From an uncultured Gammaproteobacteria bacterium (GTDB lineage: Bacteria; Patescibacteriota; Microgenomatia; Daviesbacterales; UBA10151), in NCBI GenBank assembly GCA_964394855.1, contig CAYMZD010000003.1, positions 94,041 through 158,040 of the forward strand: a DNA stretch of 64,000 bases, written 5' to 3'. Below the pieces are notes generated by a model. It worked only from the letters and a program-made list of their open reading frames with translations, did not search any database and was not told where the DNA came from. Shown here piece by piece: positions 1-9,265 of this stretch; positions within the stretch are counted from its first letter, which is position 1, and the number at the start of each line of letters is the position of its first letter. The translations under genes were made by a program, and so were the position numbers.

Positions 1-70
1 GAAAAAACGAGCTAAAAGAAAAATACTTACTAGACCAATAAATAGGTAAATGTAAACTAATAATAAAAAT

Positions 71-1120
71 TTATTTTTCACTGCTTTTAACATCAATTTG
101 AGTTATATTCCAACCTTTTAAATGATTAAAATAATATCCAATTCCAGGATTCATTGTAATATGGGGAAAAATTATACCATCTTTTTCCTGACGAATCCTA
201 GTTTGAATAATATTTCTATATTTAAGGGTTTGTGCTATATTCATTAAATTCCACCAGATAGCTTTTTGAATAGCCCAAAAAACTGCTGGTTTATTTCTGA
301 AAAGAAATATTAATGAAAGTGTTTGGCAGATAAAAAGATGTATTGGCAAAATTTTTAAAAGCTGTCCGATACCTAGATTCTTTATATAAGAACAAATCCT
401 ATTTTTATAGGAGTTATATTCCACAAATGGTTTAGGCAGTCTTTGACTGGTGGCACCATATTTATGATAAATTATAGAACTCGGTACAAAAATTATTTTA
501 TATCCAGAAACCCAAACCCGATGAGCTAAATCTGTCTCTTCAAAGTAGGCAAAAAATCTTTTATCAAAAATGTCTCCATCCACCTTTATTCTCTCAAGCA
601 CTTCTTTCTTAAAACACATGCATGCGCCTTTAGGTGAAAAAATCTCCATCTCTTGATCGTATTTTGGGGAGTTTATTTGGTATATACCGTAGTGAAACAA
701 AAAACCTGTATTTGTTAGGAAAGACCCTGCACCATCAAGCCGTTTGGGATCATCCATAAAAAGAATCTTACTTTGTACACCTCCAATTTGTTTATTTTTT
801 CTTAAGACTTTCCAAAGTTCAACTATAAAATTGGTAGTTACCTTAGTGTCATTATTTAAAAATAAGACATACTCTCCCTTGGCTTTCTTATATCCGATAT
901 TATTAGCTTGGGCAAATCCTAAATTTTCTTTGTTAATGATTATTTTGACTTGAGGGTATTTTTGCTCTACCCACTCCACTGATCCATCAGTTGAAGCATT
1001 ATCAACCAGGATAACTTCTATATTTTTATAATCTTGGCGAAAAAGTGATGTAAGGCAAATCCTTAAAAGGTCTTTTCCATTCCAGTTAATAATGATGATT
1101 GAAACTAGATTTTTCTTCAT
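71..1120 (-). CDS. GT2 family glycosyltransferase (GT-A fold, rhamnosyl/WcaA-like)
   Basis: N-terminal 'VSIIIINWNGKDLL...EVILVDNASTDGS' and 'LGFAQANNIG...VLFLNNDT' motifs typical of GT2; 349 aa ORF. Confidence 0.8.
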   Translation of the reverse strand: MKKNLVSIIIINWNGKDLLRICLTSLFRQDYKNIEVILVDNASTDGSVEWVEQKYPQVKIIINKENLGFAQANNIGYKKAKGEYVLFLNNDTKVTTNFIVELWKVLRKNKQIGGVQSKILFMDDPKRLDGAGSFLTNTGFLFHYGIYQINSPKYDQEMEIFSPKGACMCFKKEVLERIKVDGDIFDKRFFAYFEETDLAHRVWVSGYKIIFVPSSIIYHKYGATSQRLPKPFVEYNSYKNRICSYIKNLGIGQLLKILPIHLFICQTLSLIFLFRNKPAVFWAIQKAIWWNLMNIAQTLKYRNIIQTRIRQEKDGIIFPHITMNPGIGYYFNHLKGWNITQIDVKSSEK

Positions 1121-1121
1121 C

Positions 1122-3521
1122 TTAATTTTCTATATAATCTACAATTAAATTACGTTTTTCAAGCTCTGAATATGTTAGAGGTAAGATTTCTAAACTCTTA
1201 ATATCTACTTTAATTTCCAGGGGGAGTTTAATTTCCATTGACTTTAAGATGGTTCCATTGGGAGAAATGATTAAAGAATACTTTTTAGATGAATTTGGGA
1301 ATATTACGAGCATTTGACAATAAGGTTTGATTGATTTATCAGTATAAAAACAAGCCTCTACCTCTATACCACTCCTTATAAGATAACTTTTTAGGAGTTC
1401 CCATTCTTGCTCCGAGTAAACAAATAAAAATGGATTTTTGGCGATTTGATTTGCCTTGACAAAGTTCAAATCTTGATACAAGCTCTCTATAACTTCCAGT
1501 TCAGCTATTTGTGGAGAATCACCACTGCTTGTAGCAACTACATCCATTTTAATAAACTGACATGTAGAGATGCTGATATTATCTAAAATAGTACCTGATG
1601 TATTAACTGGTATAAAAGAAAACTTGCCCACATTTTTCCAGCTGATACCATCCCGGGAACAATTATAGCTATAACTGGTGGGGACTAAATCCTTTGAAGT
1701 ATATACCATTTTTACTGCTGCCACAGTTTTTGGTTCTCCTAAATCTATGGTGACGCTATCGAACTTTTTATAAAACCAATTAAGTCTATGCGCTGCCCAG
1801 TTGGTGTTAACATCATTATCAACTATATTTCTTACTTCATGAAATTTCCACTGCGAAGTAGCCGTAGCTTTGGCATTTTGGTAATATTTGTTTTTCGACT
1901 CTAGATATTTAAGATAGGTTACAAGTTCGATTGGCGTTTTCCCCTCAAGGGAAGATTTTGACCTATCAAAGAAAGCACTGATATATAAACTCATTTCTAC
2001 AATTGATGAAAATGGCATATTAATATTTTGTGAATCATTAATCACTAATCTTGGGGATGGCTGGGAGAGTGCTTGTCGTGTCATCTTGGTGGTATTCGTT
2101 AACCCACCTTCGGTATCATAATAAAAAGTATAAATCTGATTAATGGTTGTTTGTCCCTTCTTTAAAAGACTTAGGAGTTCCATAAAGGTACCCGGTAGAG
2201 TTAGATCTCCCCTATCTATACCATATTGCCAAGCAATGGCTGTGGTATCAGGCATTGATCCCACCCCGAAAAAATTGGCAAATTCTTGGGTACTTTTTGC
2301 ATCATTGCGGACATCAAAATAAATTGCCGACTTTTCCAAAATAGATGGGAGTTGTTGTTTTAGAGACTCATAAAATCTTTTCTCTGGATCTGTTCTCTCA
2401 TTAATAAATGCCGTATGTTCCTTATTTAAAAGGACCAGATGCAACAAAACGATCAATGCTATTGCCAGATAGAATTTATTCTGCTTTAAAAACTTACCCA
2501 AAAAACAAGACATAAATAAGGCATTACCTACTGCAGGTAGTAAAAAATACCGGTGAAGCGAAGGAAATACTTGACTGGGGGTATGAATAAAAAATACTAA
2601 ATAATTTCCTAACATGAAAGCCAGTCCAAACCACAACAGTTTACTTTTGGACTTCAATAAAATTACTATTAAGGCAAGAATAAAACCCACCAGCGGGATT
2701 TGCCAAAGAGAAGGTATCATTATATTATGGAGATTTTTCAGTGGGGTAAGCACTAAATCAAATTGTTGTTGCTGAAAAATTTGATTTAAAAGAATGATTA
2801 GTTCCGGCGAAGTTGAATTATTAAAAATATAAAAATCGAAGTATAGTTTCCCAAAAGGTGCTAATCTTAAAATTGAGTTTAAGGGGTGAAAATTCCATAA
2901 AAGTTCCACTGCTACCACCAAGAATATGATTCCATGGGCTCTGACAAAACCAGTGTCTATGGTGTAAACAAAGACAAACAGTGATAGTAAATAAAGACCA
3001 ATTGCTCTGTTAAGGTGAAGGTGGCTTTGTTCAATAAATTTTTTGTATAAAATTAAGGTTAAACATAAAAATACCACGGTGTGAGAAGTATGAATAGAGT
3101 TAAAAATGCGCCACAGGGATTCTGCACCTATATAACCTGAAGCAAAAATTAAAGCAGAGGCCAAGGCTACTTTGGTATTGGAGGTCAAAGATTTTGCTAA
3201 ATAATAAACCGCTAAAGAAGCAAAAAAATAAGCCAGCATGCCAAAAAAATAAAAAGCAAAAGGATTTGATCCAAACAAATTATAAATAGGTAAAAGCAAA
3301 CTAGTAACACCCCGGTAAGCAGAGCTTCTATCATAAATACCGGTTCCAAACTGCCCAGCTTGCTCCTCTGGGTGCTGTAGCTTAAACATGACAGCATGGT
3401 CATCTTGCCAGACATACATTCTCAAGGTTTGGAAGTAAGCCAGAAATACCACCAAAAATATCAATAAAATTCCACTTAATCTTTGATTACTTCTTAAAAA
3501 AGCTAGGGTTTTGACAATCAT
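1122..3521 (-). CDS. Multi-pass membrane protein (GT-C-like N-terminal domain with 'WQDD' first-loop motif) with C-terminal F5/8 type C (discoidin) carbohydrate-binding domain
   Basis: About 10 predicted TM helices in the N-terminal half; C-terminus 'TSQWKFHEVRNIVDNDVNTNWAAHRLNW...IDLGEPKTVAAVKMVYT...DGISWKNVG...PQIAELEVIE' matches the discoidin pattern; paralog at 10600..12924. Confidence 0.6.
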   Translation of the reverse strand: MIVKTLAFLRSNQRLSGILLIFLVVFLAYFQTLRMYVWQDDHAVMFKLQHPEEQAGQFGTGIYDRSSAYRGVTSLLLPIYNLFGSNPFAFYFFGMLAYFFASLAVYYLAKSLTSNTKVALASALIFASGYIGAESLWRIFNSIHTSHTVVFLCLTLILYKKFIEQSHLHLNRAIGLYLLSLFVFVYTIDTGFVRAHGIIFLVVAVELLWNFHPLNSILRLAPFGKLYFDFYIFNNSTSPELIILLNQIFQQQQFDLVLTPLKNLHNIMIPSLWQIPLVGFILALIVILLKSKSKLLWFGLAFMLGNYLVFFIHTPSQVFPSLHRYFLLPAVGNALFMSCFLGKFLKQNKFYLAIALIVLLHLVLLNKEHTAFINERTDPEKRFYESLKQQLPSILEKSAIYFDVRNDAKSTQEFANFFGVGSMPDTTAIAWQYGIDRGDLTLPGTFMELLSLLKKGQTTINQIYTFYYDTEGGLTNTTKMTRQALSQPSPRLVINDSQNINMPFSSIVEMSLYISAFFDRSKSSLEGKTPIELVTYLKYLESKNKYYQNAKATATSQWKFHEVRNIVDNDVNTNWAAHRLNWFYKKFDSVTIDLGEPKTVAAVKMVYTSKDLVPTSYSYNCSRDGISWKNVGKFSFIPVNTSGTILDNISISTCQFIKMDVVATSSGDSPQIAELEVIESLYQDLNFVKANQIAKNPFLFVYSEQEWELLKSYLIRSGIEVEACFYTDKSIKPYCQMLVIFPNSSKKYSLIISPNGTILKSMEIKLPLEIKVDIKSLEILPLTYSELEKRNLIVDYIEN

Positions 3522-3534
3522 ATTTTTTAATCTA

Positions 3535-5838
3535 TTAAGGACCTAATAAATCTATGTCATCTAGATACAAGGTGACTGGCTCACCACTTACACCTTGGAT
3601 TGATAAAATAGCGAAGCTGGCATCGCCGGGAGCTTTAGCAGTAATTGAAATTTTTTGCCACTCTTTTCCTAATTTAGTTCTCGGTGAAAGAGCAACAACT
3701 TCACCAGGTAAGCTTACATCATCATAAATAGATTGCAAGCTTCTTTCTTTTTCAAAATACGAAGCAGTAGACCCTTCCCAAAGATACAATAATTTCTTTT
3801 GAAAAGCTGCAGATAGTTTAGTTAAGAAGGTGTTCAAGTCTTGAGGTTTGGGGTTATAGAAATCCATTCTTAAAATTGCGCTCGGCGTGGAAGAACTTTC
3901 TTGAGATTTGAGCCAGGCCGAAAAGGTGTATGTCTGCCCCCCTTTAATCAAAATTTTATCGGAATGTAACCTGGGTGGAGTATTTTTAAAAGAGGTTGGT
4001 TGGAATTTAAGGGAACCTTCCTTAAATCTGCCTACTGAAGGATTAAAGAAGGTATTTGATTGATCGCTTTTGTTAAAATTTTGTACTTTCCAAAAGGAGA
4101 GTTCTTGGATATTATCAAATCCAAAGTTTTTCAGCTGATTTTTCTGCCTTGGTAAATCCTTGGGTAGCTCATAATAGAAAATGCGATTAGAATCGCACAT
4201 CAATGATTTTTGTAAGTTTCCCAAAAGAGAAGCTCTGGAGGAGTATTCTGCTAAAACCAGTGGGTAATAAGAATTTTTATAAACTACAGGTTCTGGTATA
4301 AAAGAATCAACAAAGTAAGTATACGTAATGTAATCCAGCCTATTGCCATTTATAAAAGCATGACTGAAATTAATACTCCGTACCTCCTCAAGAGAAATAT
4401 CTCTGTTGGGTTCGAGTCCGTAATAGCCTGCAAAATGCCTATTTGAAGGAACACTGATTGGTGTAATATAGGCAATTTTAGCGGAATCGGGAATATTTTT
4501 ATCAACCCATTTAGCACTCATACTCTGGGTTTTTTCTTGAGCGCATCCATAAGTTGATGAGGCTGATATCAAAAATGGTTGAAAAAAAACTAAAATCAGT
4601 AAAACTATTAATAATCTTTTGGCTATTTGGTAGTTCAATTTTTCTTTTAATTTGATGAATAAATAATAAATAAAAACACCAGCAAAAAGCGACAAAAATG
4701 GAATAACGGGTATGATTAACCTTTCATAGTTCGCCGGAACATATGAGCTGATATAAATAAAAGTAGAAAGTGGTATTAGAGAAAGTATGATAAATTTTCT
4801 AATGGACAAAATAAGAGTTAAACCCAATCCTAAAATAGCTAAAATAGCTCCCAGGGGTCCAATGCCAAAGAAAAACACATATGATGCATAAAATGGTTTA
4901 AAAAAAGTAGGGATTAGTAAGGAAATATGCGGAAGGATTGTCTGACCAGAAGATGCAAGATAAGAAGCAAGAGAAAAAAGATAAGTGGTAAGGCCGGTTG
5001 AATACCAGGGCAGGGAATATTTTTCTAAATCTTGCATAAAAAGGTTTATACCACCAGATTTTAAGAAGAGAAAAGGTAATCCTAGAAAAATTCCCATAAA
5101 AATAAATAACATGCTTAGTAAAACTTTTAGAACCCAAGTTTTTTGTTTTTGAAAACTAAATAATATGGCCACTGGATAGGCTAAGGCCGCCACCGGAAAA
5201 AATCTGATTGTAGCAGAAACGCCAAGAGTCAAACCAGATAAAATAAACCACTTCCATCGTTTCTCCTGCCACAGCAGAACGAAAAAGTAAAGAGCTAACA
5301 AAAAGGTAAAAAGTGAGGGTACATCAGTGGTGATATAGTGTGAATCCCGCACATGTAAAGGAGATATGGCAAAAAAGAAGGCAGCCAGCAGCCCAATATT
5401 TTTATTAAATAGTTTTTGGCCAATTAGATAAAGTATGAAAATACTAAACAGTCCAAACAAAGCCACCTCCGCTCTACCAACAAGGGTTAACGTATCGGCA
5501 AATTTCCTGATGGCCTCCTCATGAAACTCATTAAAATCCAAGCCCGGTGAAGAAAAAGAAGAAGAAATTAAGATATTGGCATTTGATAAAAAGTAAGTCA
5601 CATAAAGGACGGGGAAATAAACAAGTGTTTGTAGATAAAAAAATAAAGTTCCGTACTTGAAAGTATGAGGATCAAAATCTCCTTGAGTGACGATATTTTT
5701 TACCAAATCCCAGGATTTAATTTGCACGAAACCTTCATCTGGATGATCAATATTAGGTATAAGTCCGATGAAACGAAGAAAAAAGGCAAGTAATAAAATA
5801 ACTGTCAATAGCTTATTGGCCTTAGCTAACTTAATCAT
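3535..5838 (-). CDS. GT-C fold membrane glycosyltransferase (ArnT/PMT-like) with large C-terminal extracytoplasmic domain
   Basis: N-terminal 'IDHPDEGFVQIKSWD' DE motif after first TM; more than 10 hydrophobic helices; 767 aa. Confidence 0.6.
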   Translation of the reverse strand: MIKLAKANKLLTVILLLAFFLRFIGLIPNIDHPDEGFVQIKSWDLVKNIVTQGDFDPHTFKYGTLFFYLQTLVYFPVLYVTYFLSNANILISSSFSSPGLDFNEFHEEAIRKFADTLTLVGRAEVALFGLFSIFILYLIGQKLFNKNIGLLAAFFFAISPLHVRDSHYITTDVPSLFTFLLALYFFVLLWQEKRWKWFILSGLTLGVSATIRFFPVAALAYPVAILFSFQKQKTWVLKVLLSMLFIFMGIFLGLPFLFLKSGGINLFMQDLEKYSLPWYSTGLTTYLFSLASYLASSGQTILPHISLLIPTFFKPFYASYVFFFGIGPLGAILAILGLGLTLILSIRKFIILSLIPLSTFIYISSYVPANYERLIIPVIPFLSLFAGVFIYYLFIKLKEKLNYQIAKRLLIVLLILVFFQPFLISASSTYGCAQEKTQSMSAKWVDKNIPDSAKIAYITPISVPSNRHFAGYYGLEPNRDISLEEVRSINFSHAFINGNRLDYITYTYFVDSFIPEPVVYKNSYYPLVLAEYSSRASLLGNLQKSLMCDSNRIFYYELPKDLPRQKNQLKNFGFDNIQELSFWKVQNFNKSDQSNTFFNPSVGRFKEGSLKFQPTSFKNTPPRLHSDKILIKGGQTYTFSAWLKSQESSSTPSAILRMDFYNPKPQDLNTFLTKLSAAFQKKLLYLWEGSTASYFEKERSLQSIYDDVSLPGEVVALSPRTKLGKEWQKISITAKAPGDASFAILSIQGVSGEPVTLYLDDIDLLGP

Positions 5839-5873
5839 TGCTCAAGTATAACAAACAGCATATAATATGGGCA

Positions 5874-6863
5874 ATGAAAAGAGGAATCCCTCCAACAGAT
5901 AATATTGTATCGGTCGTTATAGTTACCCAAAACGACGAAGATATCATTGAGGACAGGCTAAAAAATATTAATAAGATAATGCGCTCCCTTCGCAGGAACT
6001 ACGAAATATTAATTGTTGATAATTCTTCATCCGATGGTACCATTGAAAAAATAAAATCGCTGCCTAGAATATTGCCATTTATCAGAATTTTAATTTTATC
6101 CAAACAATATGAAACCGAAATTGCCCTAACTGCCGGACTGGATAATTGTGTGGGGGATTTTGTGATTTTATTTAATATTTATACTGATCCTCCAGAAATA
6201 AAACCTCTTCTTTTGGAAAAATTATTATTAGGACATGATATTGTTATAGGCAAAAGTAAAGAAGAAGTCATCAAATATGGTTTCTTGGGCAAAAACTTAA
6301 TAAAAGCCGTAGAAAAAATATCAAGTCATGGATTTTACTACCGACCTACATATCTAATGGGATTAAATAGAAAAGCTATTAATTCCATTATGAGAACGAG
6401 GAGAAAAAGCCGGAACTTTAGTTATATACATACCCTAATTGGATTTAAGAAATATGTTCTAGAGTATAAACCAATTAAAGATTACCGACATAAACTCAAA
6501 CAGGAAAATTTTTTGGATTTATTTTTTGCTATTGCCGATATAATTATTTCCAGTTCATTTAGGCCCATTCGTTTTTTAAGTTTTGCAGGCATGTTTTTTA
6601 GCGCTCTTTTCTTACTTTATGTTTTTTTTATAGTTTCCCTGGTAGTTTTTTTTAATATGCATTGGCTGGTTCCCCAAGGCTGGATCAGCACCTCAACGGT
6701 GGTGGCATCGCTTTTTTTCATCCTCTTTACACTTCTCACCATTATGAGCGAATATATGATAAGAATACTAAATGAAACGCGCAACGAACCGTTTTATTTT
6801 ATATCAGAAGAGATAGACCGCTCGGTGATTTTACCAAAAAAGAAAGCTTTAAATGTCATTTAA
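5874..6863 (+). CDS. GT2 polyprenyl-phosphate sugar transferase (GtrB/DPM-synthase-like) with C-terminal TM helices
   Basis: 'IVSVVIVTQNDEDII...YEILIVDNSSSDGT' GT2 motifs, then two C-terminal hydrophobic helices; the ORF track starts at 5838 on a TTG, and the first ATG at 5874 is preferred. Confidence 0.7.
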   Translation: MKRGIPPTDNIVSVVIVTQNDEDIIEDRLKNINKIMRSLRRNYEILIVDNSSSDGTIEKIKSLPRILPFIRILILSKQYETEIALTAGLDNCVGDFVILFNIYTDPPEIKPLLLEKLLLGHDIVIGKSKEEVIKYGFLGKNLIKAVEKISSHGFYYRPTYLMGLNRKAINSIMRTRRKSRNFSYIHTLIGFKKYVLEYKPIKDYRHKLKQENFLDLFFAIADIIISSSFRPIRFLSFAGMFFSALFLLYVFFIVSLVVFFNMHWLVPQGWISTSTVVASLFFILFTLLTIMSEYMIRILNETRNEPFYFISEEIDRSVILPKKKALNVI

Positions 6864-7671
6864 AATAGAGGGTCAGCTAACATCAGCTTTAATTGGTTAT
6901 ACCGGTTTTGTGGGAAGTAATATTGAAAGAATGGCTCAAAAATCTGGTTTTCGGTTTAGTGATCATTATAATTCTCAAAATATCGGCGATATCAAAGATA
7001 AAAAATATGACCTGGTGGTATCCGCCGGAACCAAAGGCGTGAGATATTTGGCCAATCAAAATCCAGGTGCAGATTGGCAAGGGATTAAAAACCTGTTGGA
7101 TAACTTGGTAAGAGTAGCGATAGGACATTTGGTGCTGGTTTCCACAGTTGATGTTTATCCAAATCCCAGTGGAGCCTTGGAAGATACACCAATTGATGAA
7201 AATGATTTAACTCAAGCTTATGGCAGAAACCGCTACAAAATGGAACGCTTTATGGTGGAACACTTTCCATCCGTCACGGTATTGCGCTGTCCCCAACTTT
7301 ATGGACCAGGTTTAAAGAAAAACTTTATTTATGATTTAATTCACCTTAATGCCTTGGATTGGACCCACAAAGACACTAGTTTACAGTTTTATAATATGGG
7401 CAGATTTTGGCATGATTTGCAGGTGATCCTACAAGCAGGCATACCATTGATGAATTTGGCAGTGGAACCTCTCACAGCTTCCGATATAGCCAGAGAAGCT
7501 GCCGACATGGATTTTGAAACTGTCACCCAAAATCCGCCTTTAGTATTTGATATGCGTACCAGATTCGGGCATCTTTTTGGATCACAAGATGATTACATTT
7601 ATCACCGGGATGAGATTTTGGCCGATATTAAAAGATTTATTGAAGAAGAAAAAGCTAAGCTAAAACAATGA
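6853..7671 (+). CDS. NAD(P)-dependent sugar epimerase/reductase family protein (short-chain Rossmann)
   Basis: 'LIGYTGFVGSNI' glycine-rich Rossmann motif near N-terminus; 272 aa; start overlaps upstream gene by 11 nt. Confidence 0.5.
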   Translation: MSFKIEGQLTSALIGYTGFVGSNIERMAQKSGFRFSDHYNSQNIGDIKDKKYDLVVSAGTKGVRYLANQNPGADWQGIKNLLDNLVRVAIGHLVLVSTVDVYPNPSGALEDTPIDENDLTQAYGRNRYKMERFMVEHFPSVTVLRCPQLYGPGLKKNFIYDLIHLNALDWTHKDTSLQFYNMGRFWHDLQVILQAGIPLMNLAVEPLTASDIAREAADMDFETVTQNPPLVFDMRTRFGHLFGSQDDYIYHRDEILADIKRFIEEEKAKLKQ

Positions 7672-8480
7672 AGATAGCCATCTCTAATTTATCTTGGGAC
7701 TTGCCCGAAGATAAAAAAGTTTTAAAGCTTTTAAAAAAATATCAGATTAAAGGAATAGAGCTGGCTCCCACCAAAATTTGGCAAGTTCCCACAAAAACTG
7801 CTGTCAAAAAAATTAAAGAGTATAAAAAATTTTGGCAGGATCAAGGCATTGGAGTGACCTCTATTACTTCTCTTTTATTTGGCCATCCGGAACTGACTAT
7901 TTTTGAAAATGAAAAAACGAGAAAAAAAACTCTAGACTATCTATCAAAAATGGCCCATGTGGCAGGACTTCTTGGGGCCAAAGTGATGGTCTTTGGTTCA
8001 CCCAAAAACAGGTTAACTTCTGGCAAACCAAAAAAAGAAGTACAAAAAATTGCTGTGGATTTTTTCTTAAAGCTATCTAGAGTTTGTCAAAAATACGATA
8101 CTTATTTTTGCGTTGAACCTTTGGGAGGAACATACAGTTGTGATTTCATCACCAATGTAACCGAGGCCATTAAACTAATCAAAGATGTAAACCATCCCAA
8201 TTTTAGATCGCACATAGATATTGGTTCCATTGAAGGAAATGGCGAGGGCTATCAAACTGCTTTGGAAGCGGCCAAACCATACATGATCCATTTTCATATC
8301 AGCGAACCCCTGTTAAAACCGGTACCGGCTGGAGAAAGTAACCACAAAAAAGCGGCCAAAATTTTAAAGAATTTAAATTATCAAAACTTCTGCTGCATTG
8401 AAATGCCGCTTGCAAATGACGTAGATCATCTATATTATATCAACCAAGCTTTAAGCTTTGCCCAAAAAACCTATGGTTAA
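7668..8480 (+). CDS. Sugar phosphate isomerase/epimerase (xylose-isomerase-like TIM barrel)
   Basis: 270 aa; 'GIELAP...', 'VMVFGSPKNR', 'HIDIGS' and 'HFHISE' pattern of TIM-barrel metal-dependent sugar isomerases; ATGA overlap with upstream gene. Confidence 0.5.
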   Translation: MKIAISNLSWDLPEDKKVLKLLKKYQIKGIELAPTKIWQVPTKTAVKKIKEYKKFWQDQGIGVTSITSLLFGHPELTIFENEKTRKKTLDYLSKMAHVAGLLGAKVMVFGSPKNRLTSGKPKKEVQKIAVDFFLKLSRVCQKYDTYFCVEPLGGTYSCDFITNVTEAIKLIKDVNHPNFRSHIDIGSIEGNGEGYQTALEAAKPYMIHFHISEPLLKPVPAGESNHKKAAKILKNLNYQNFCCIEMPLANDVDHLYYINQALSFAQKTYG

Positions 8481-9237
8481 AAAACAAGTGCCAAATTATC
8501 AAACCAAGGAATTTTTTCCTAAAAGAAATAAATATTGTTTAGTCATTCCAGTTATTAATGAGGGGGGAAGAATTCAAGCAGAGTTAAAGGATTTAAAACC
8601 ATATTCCAAACAAATTGATATTTTAATAGCTGATGGAGGATCAACAGATGGATCGGTCAAACCAAGCTTTGTGAAAAAAATGGGAGTAAGAACATTAATT
8701 TTAAGTCCCATGGGGCAAGCCCGGCAATATAGATGCGCTTTTGATTTTGCCTTAAAACAGGGTTATGAAGGAATGGTAACTATTGATGGTAACCACAAGG
8801 ATAATGTATTTGCTTTGCCAAAATTTATTAAGGCTTTAGATGATGGATTTGATTATGTTCAAAGTTCACGTTTTATTAAAGGGGGTAAACATAAAAATAC
8901 CCCGACAGACAGAGTTGCTTTTAACCGATATTTAATATCCCCGGTTTTGTCTCTAGCAGCGCGAAAATGGTATACAGATACCCCCAATGCTTTTCGGGCC
9001 TACTCCAGAAAATATCTGCTACATCCCAAGGTAAAACCATTCAGGGATATATTCCAGCGCTATGAAATGCTCTGGTATCTCACTATCCGCTGCAACCAGC
9101 TGGGTTTAAAATCCAAAGAAATTCCGGTCACGAGAGGTTATCCCAAAGACCATGTTCCCACTAAAATCGTGGGCTGGAAAAGGGTTAATGACATGCTCAA
9201 TATCTTCAAAATTGCTTTGGGAATGTATAATCCATAA
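8458..9237 (+). CDS. GT2 family glycosyltransferase (DPM-synthase/GpgS-like)
   Basis: 'CLVIPVINEGGRI...ILIADGGSTDGS' GT2 signature; real start possibly 'MVKKQ' at 8473. Confidence 0.7.
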   Translation: MPKKPMVKKQVPNYQTKEFFPKRNKYCLVIPVINEGGRIQAELKDLKPYSKQIDILIADGGSTDGSVKPSFVKKMGVRTLILSPMGQARQYRCAFDFALKQGYEGMVTIDGNHKDNVFALPKFIKALDDGFDYVQSSRFIKGGKHKNTPTDRVAFNRYLISPVLSLAARKWYTDTPNAFRAYSRKYLLHPKVKPFRDIFQRYEMLWYLTIRCNQLGLKSKEIPVTRGYPKDHVPTKIVGWKRVNDMLNIFKIALGMYNP

Positions 9238-9240
9238 AGG

Positions 9241-9265
9241 TATATTAAATTTTATTTAATATACT
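9241..9265. terminator. Perfect 11-bp inverted repeat (GTATATTAAAT-ttt-ATTTAATATAC) between convergent genes; candidate bidirectional terminator hairpin
   Basis: Read directly; AT-rich stem so stability is weak; lies between the 8458..9237(+) stop and the 9264..10190(-) stop. Confidence 0.3.

Noticed and set aside
744-953. 69-aa plus-strand ORF inside the GT2 gene 71..1120
   Set aside because: It lies entirely antisense to a well-supported glycosyltransferase ORF, is of low complexity, and has no start context. The same applies to the other short antisense ORFs in the track (3212..3415, 4898..5137, 6889..7128, 9354..10046, 10873..11079, 12597..12818, 13479..14014, 18130..18438, 18952..19206, 20135..20344, 21103..21956, 27035..27316, 29572..29844, 35639..35842, 36320..36550, 38163..38612, 38919..39122, 41143..41813, 46366..46743, 49479..49745, 50110..50502, 50737..50937, 51996..52229, 55256..55462, 56938..57135, 58230..58436, 58632..59035, 60587..60832, 62071..62460).
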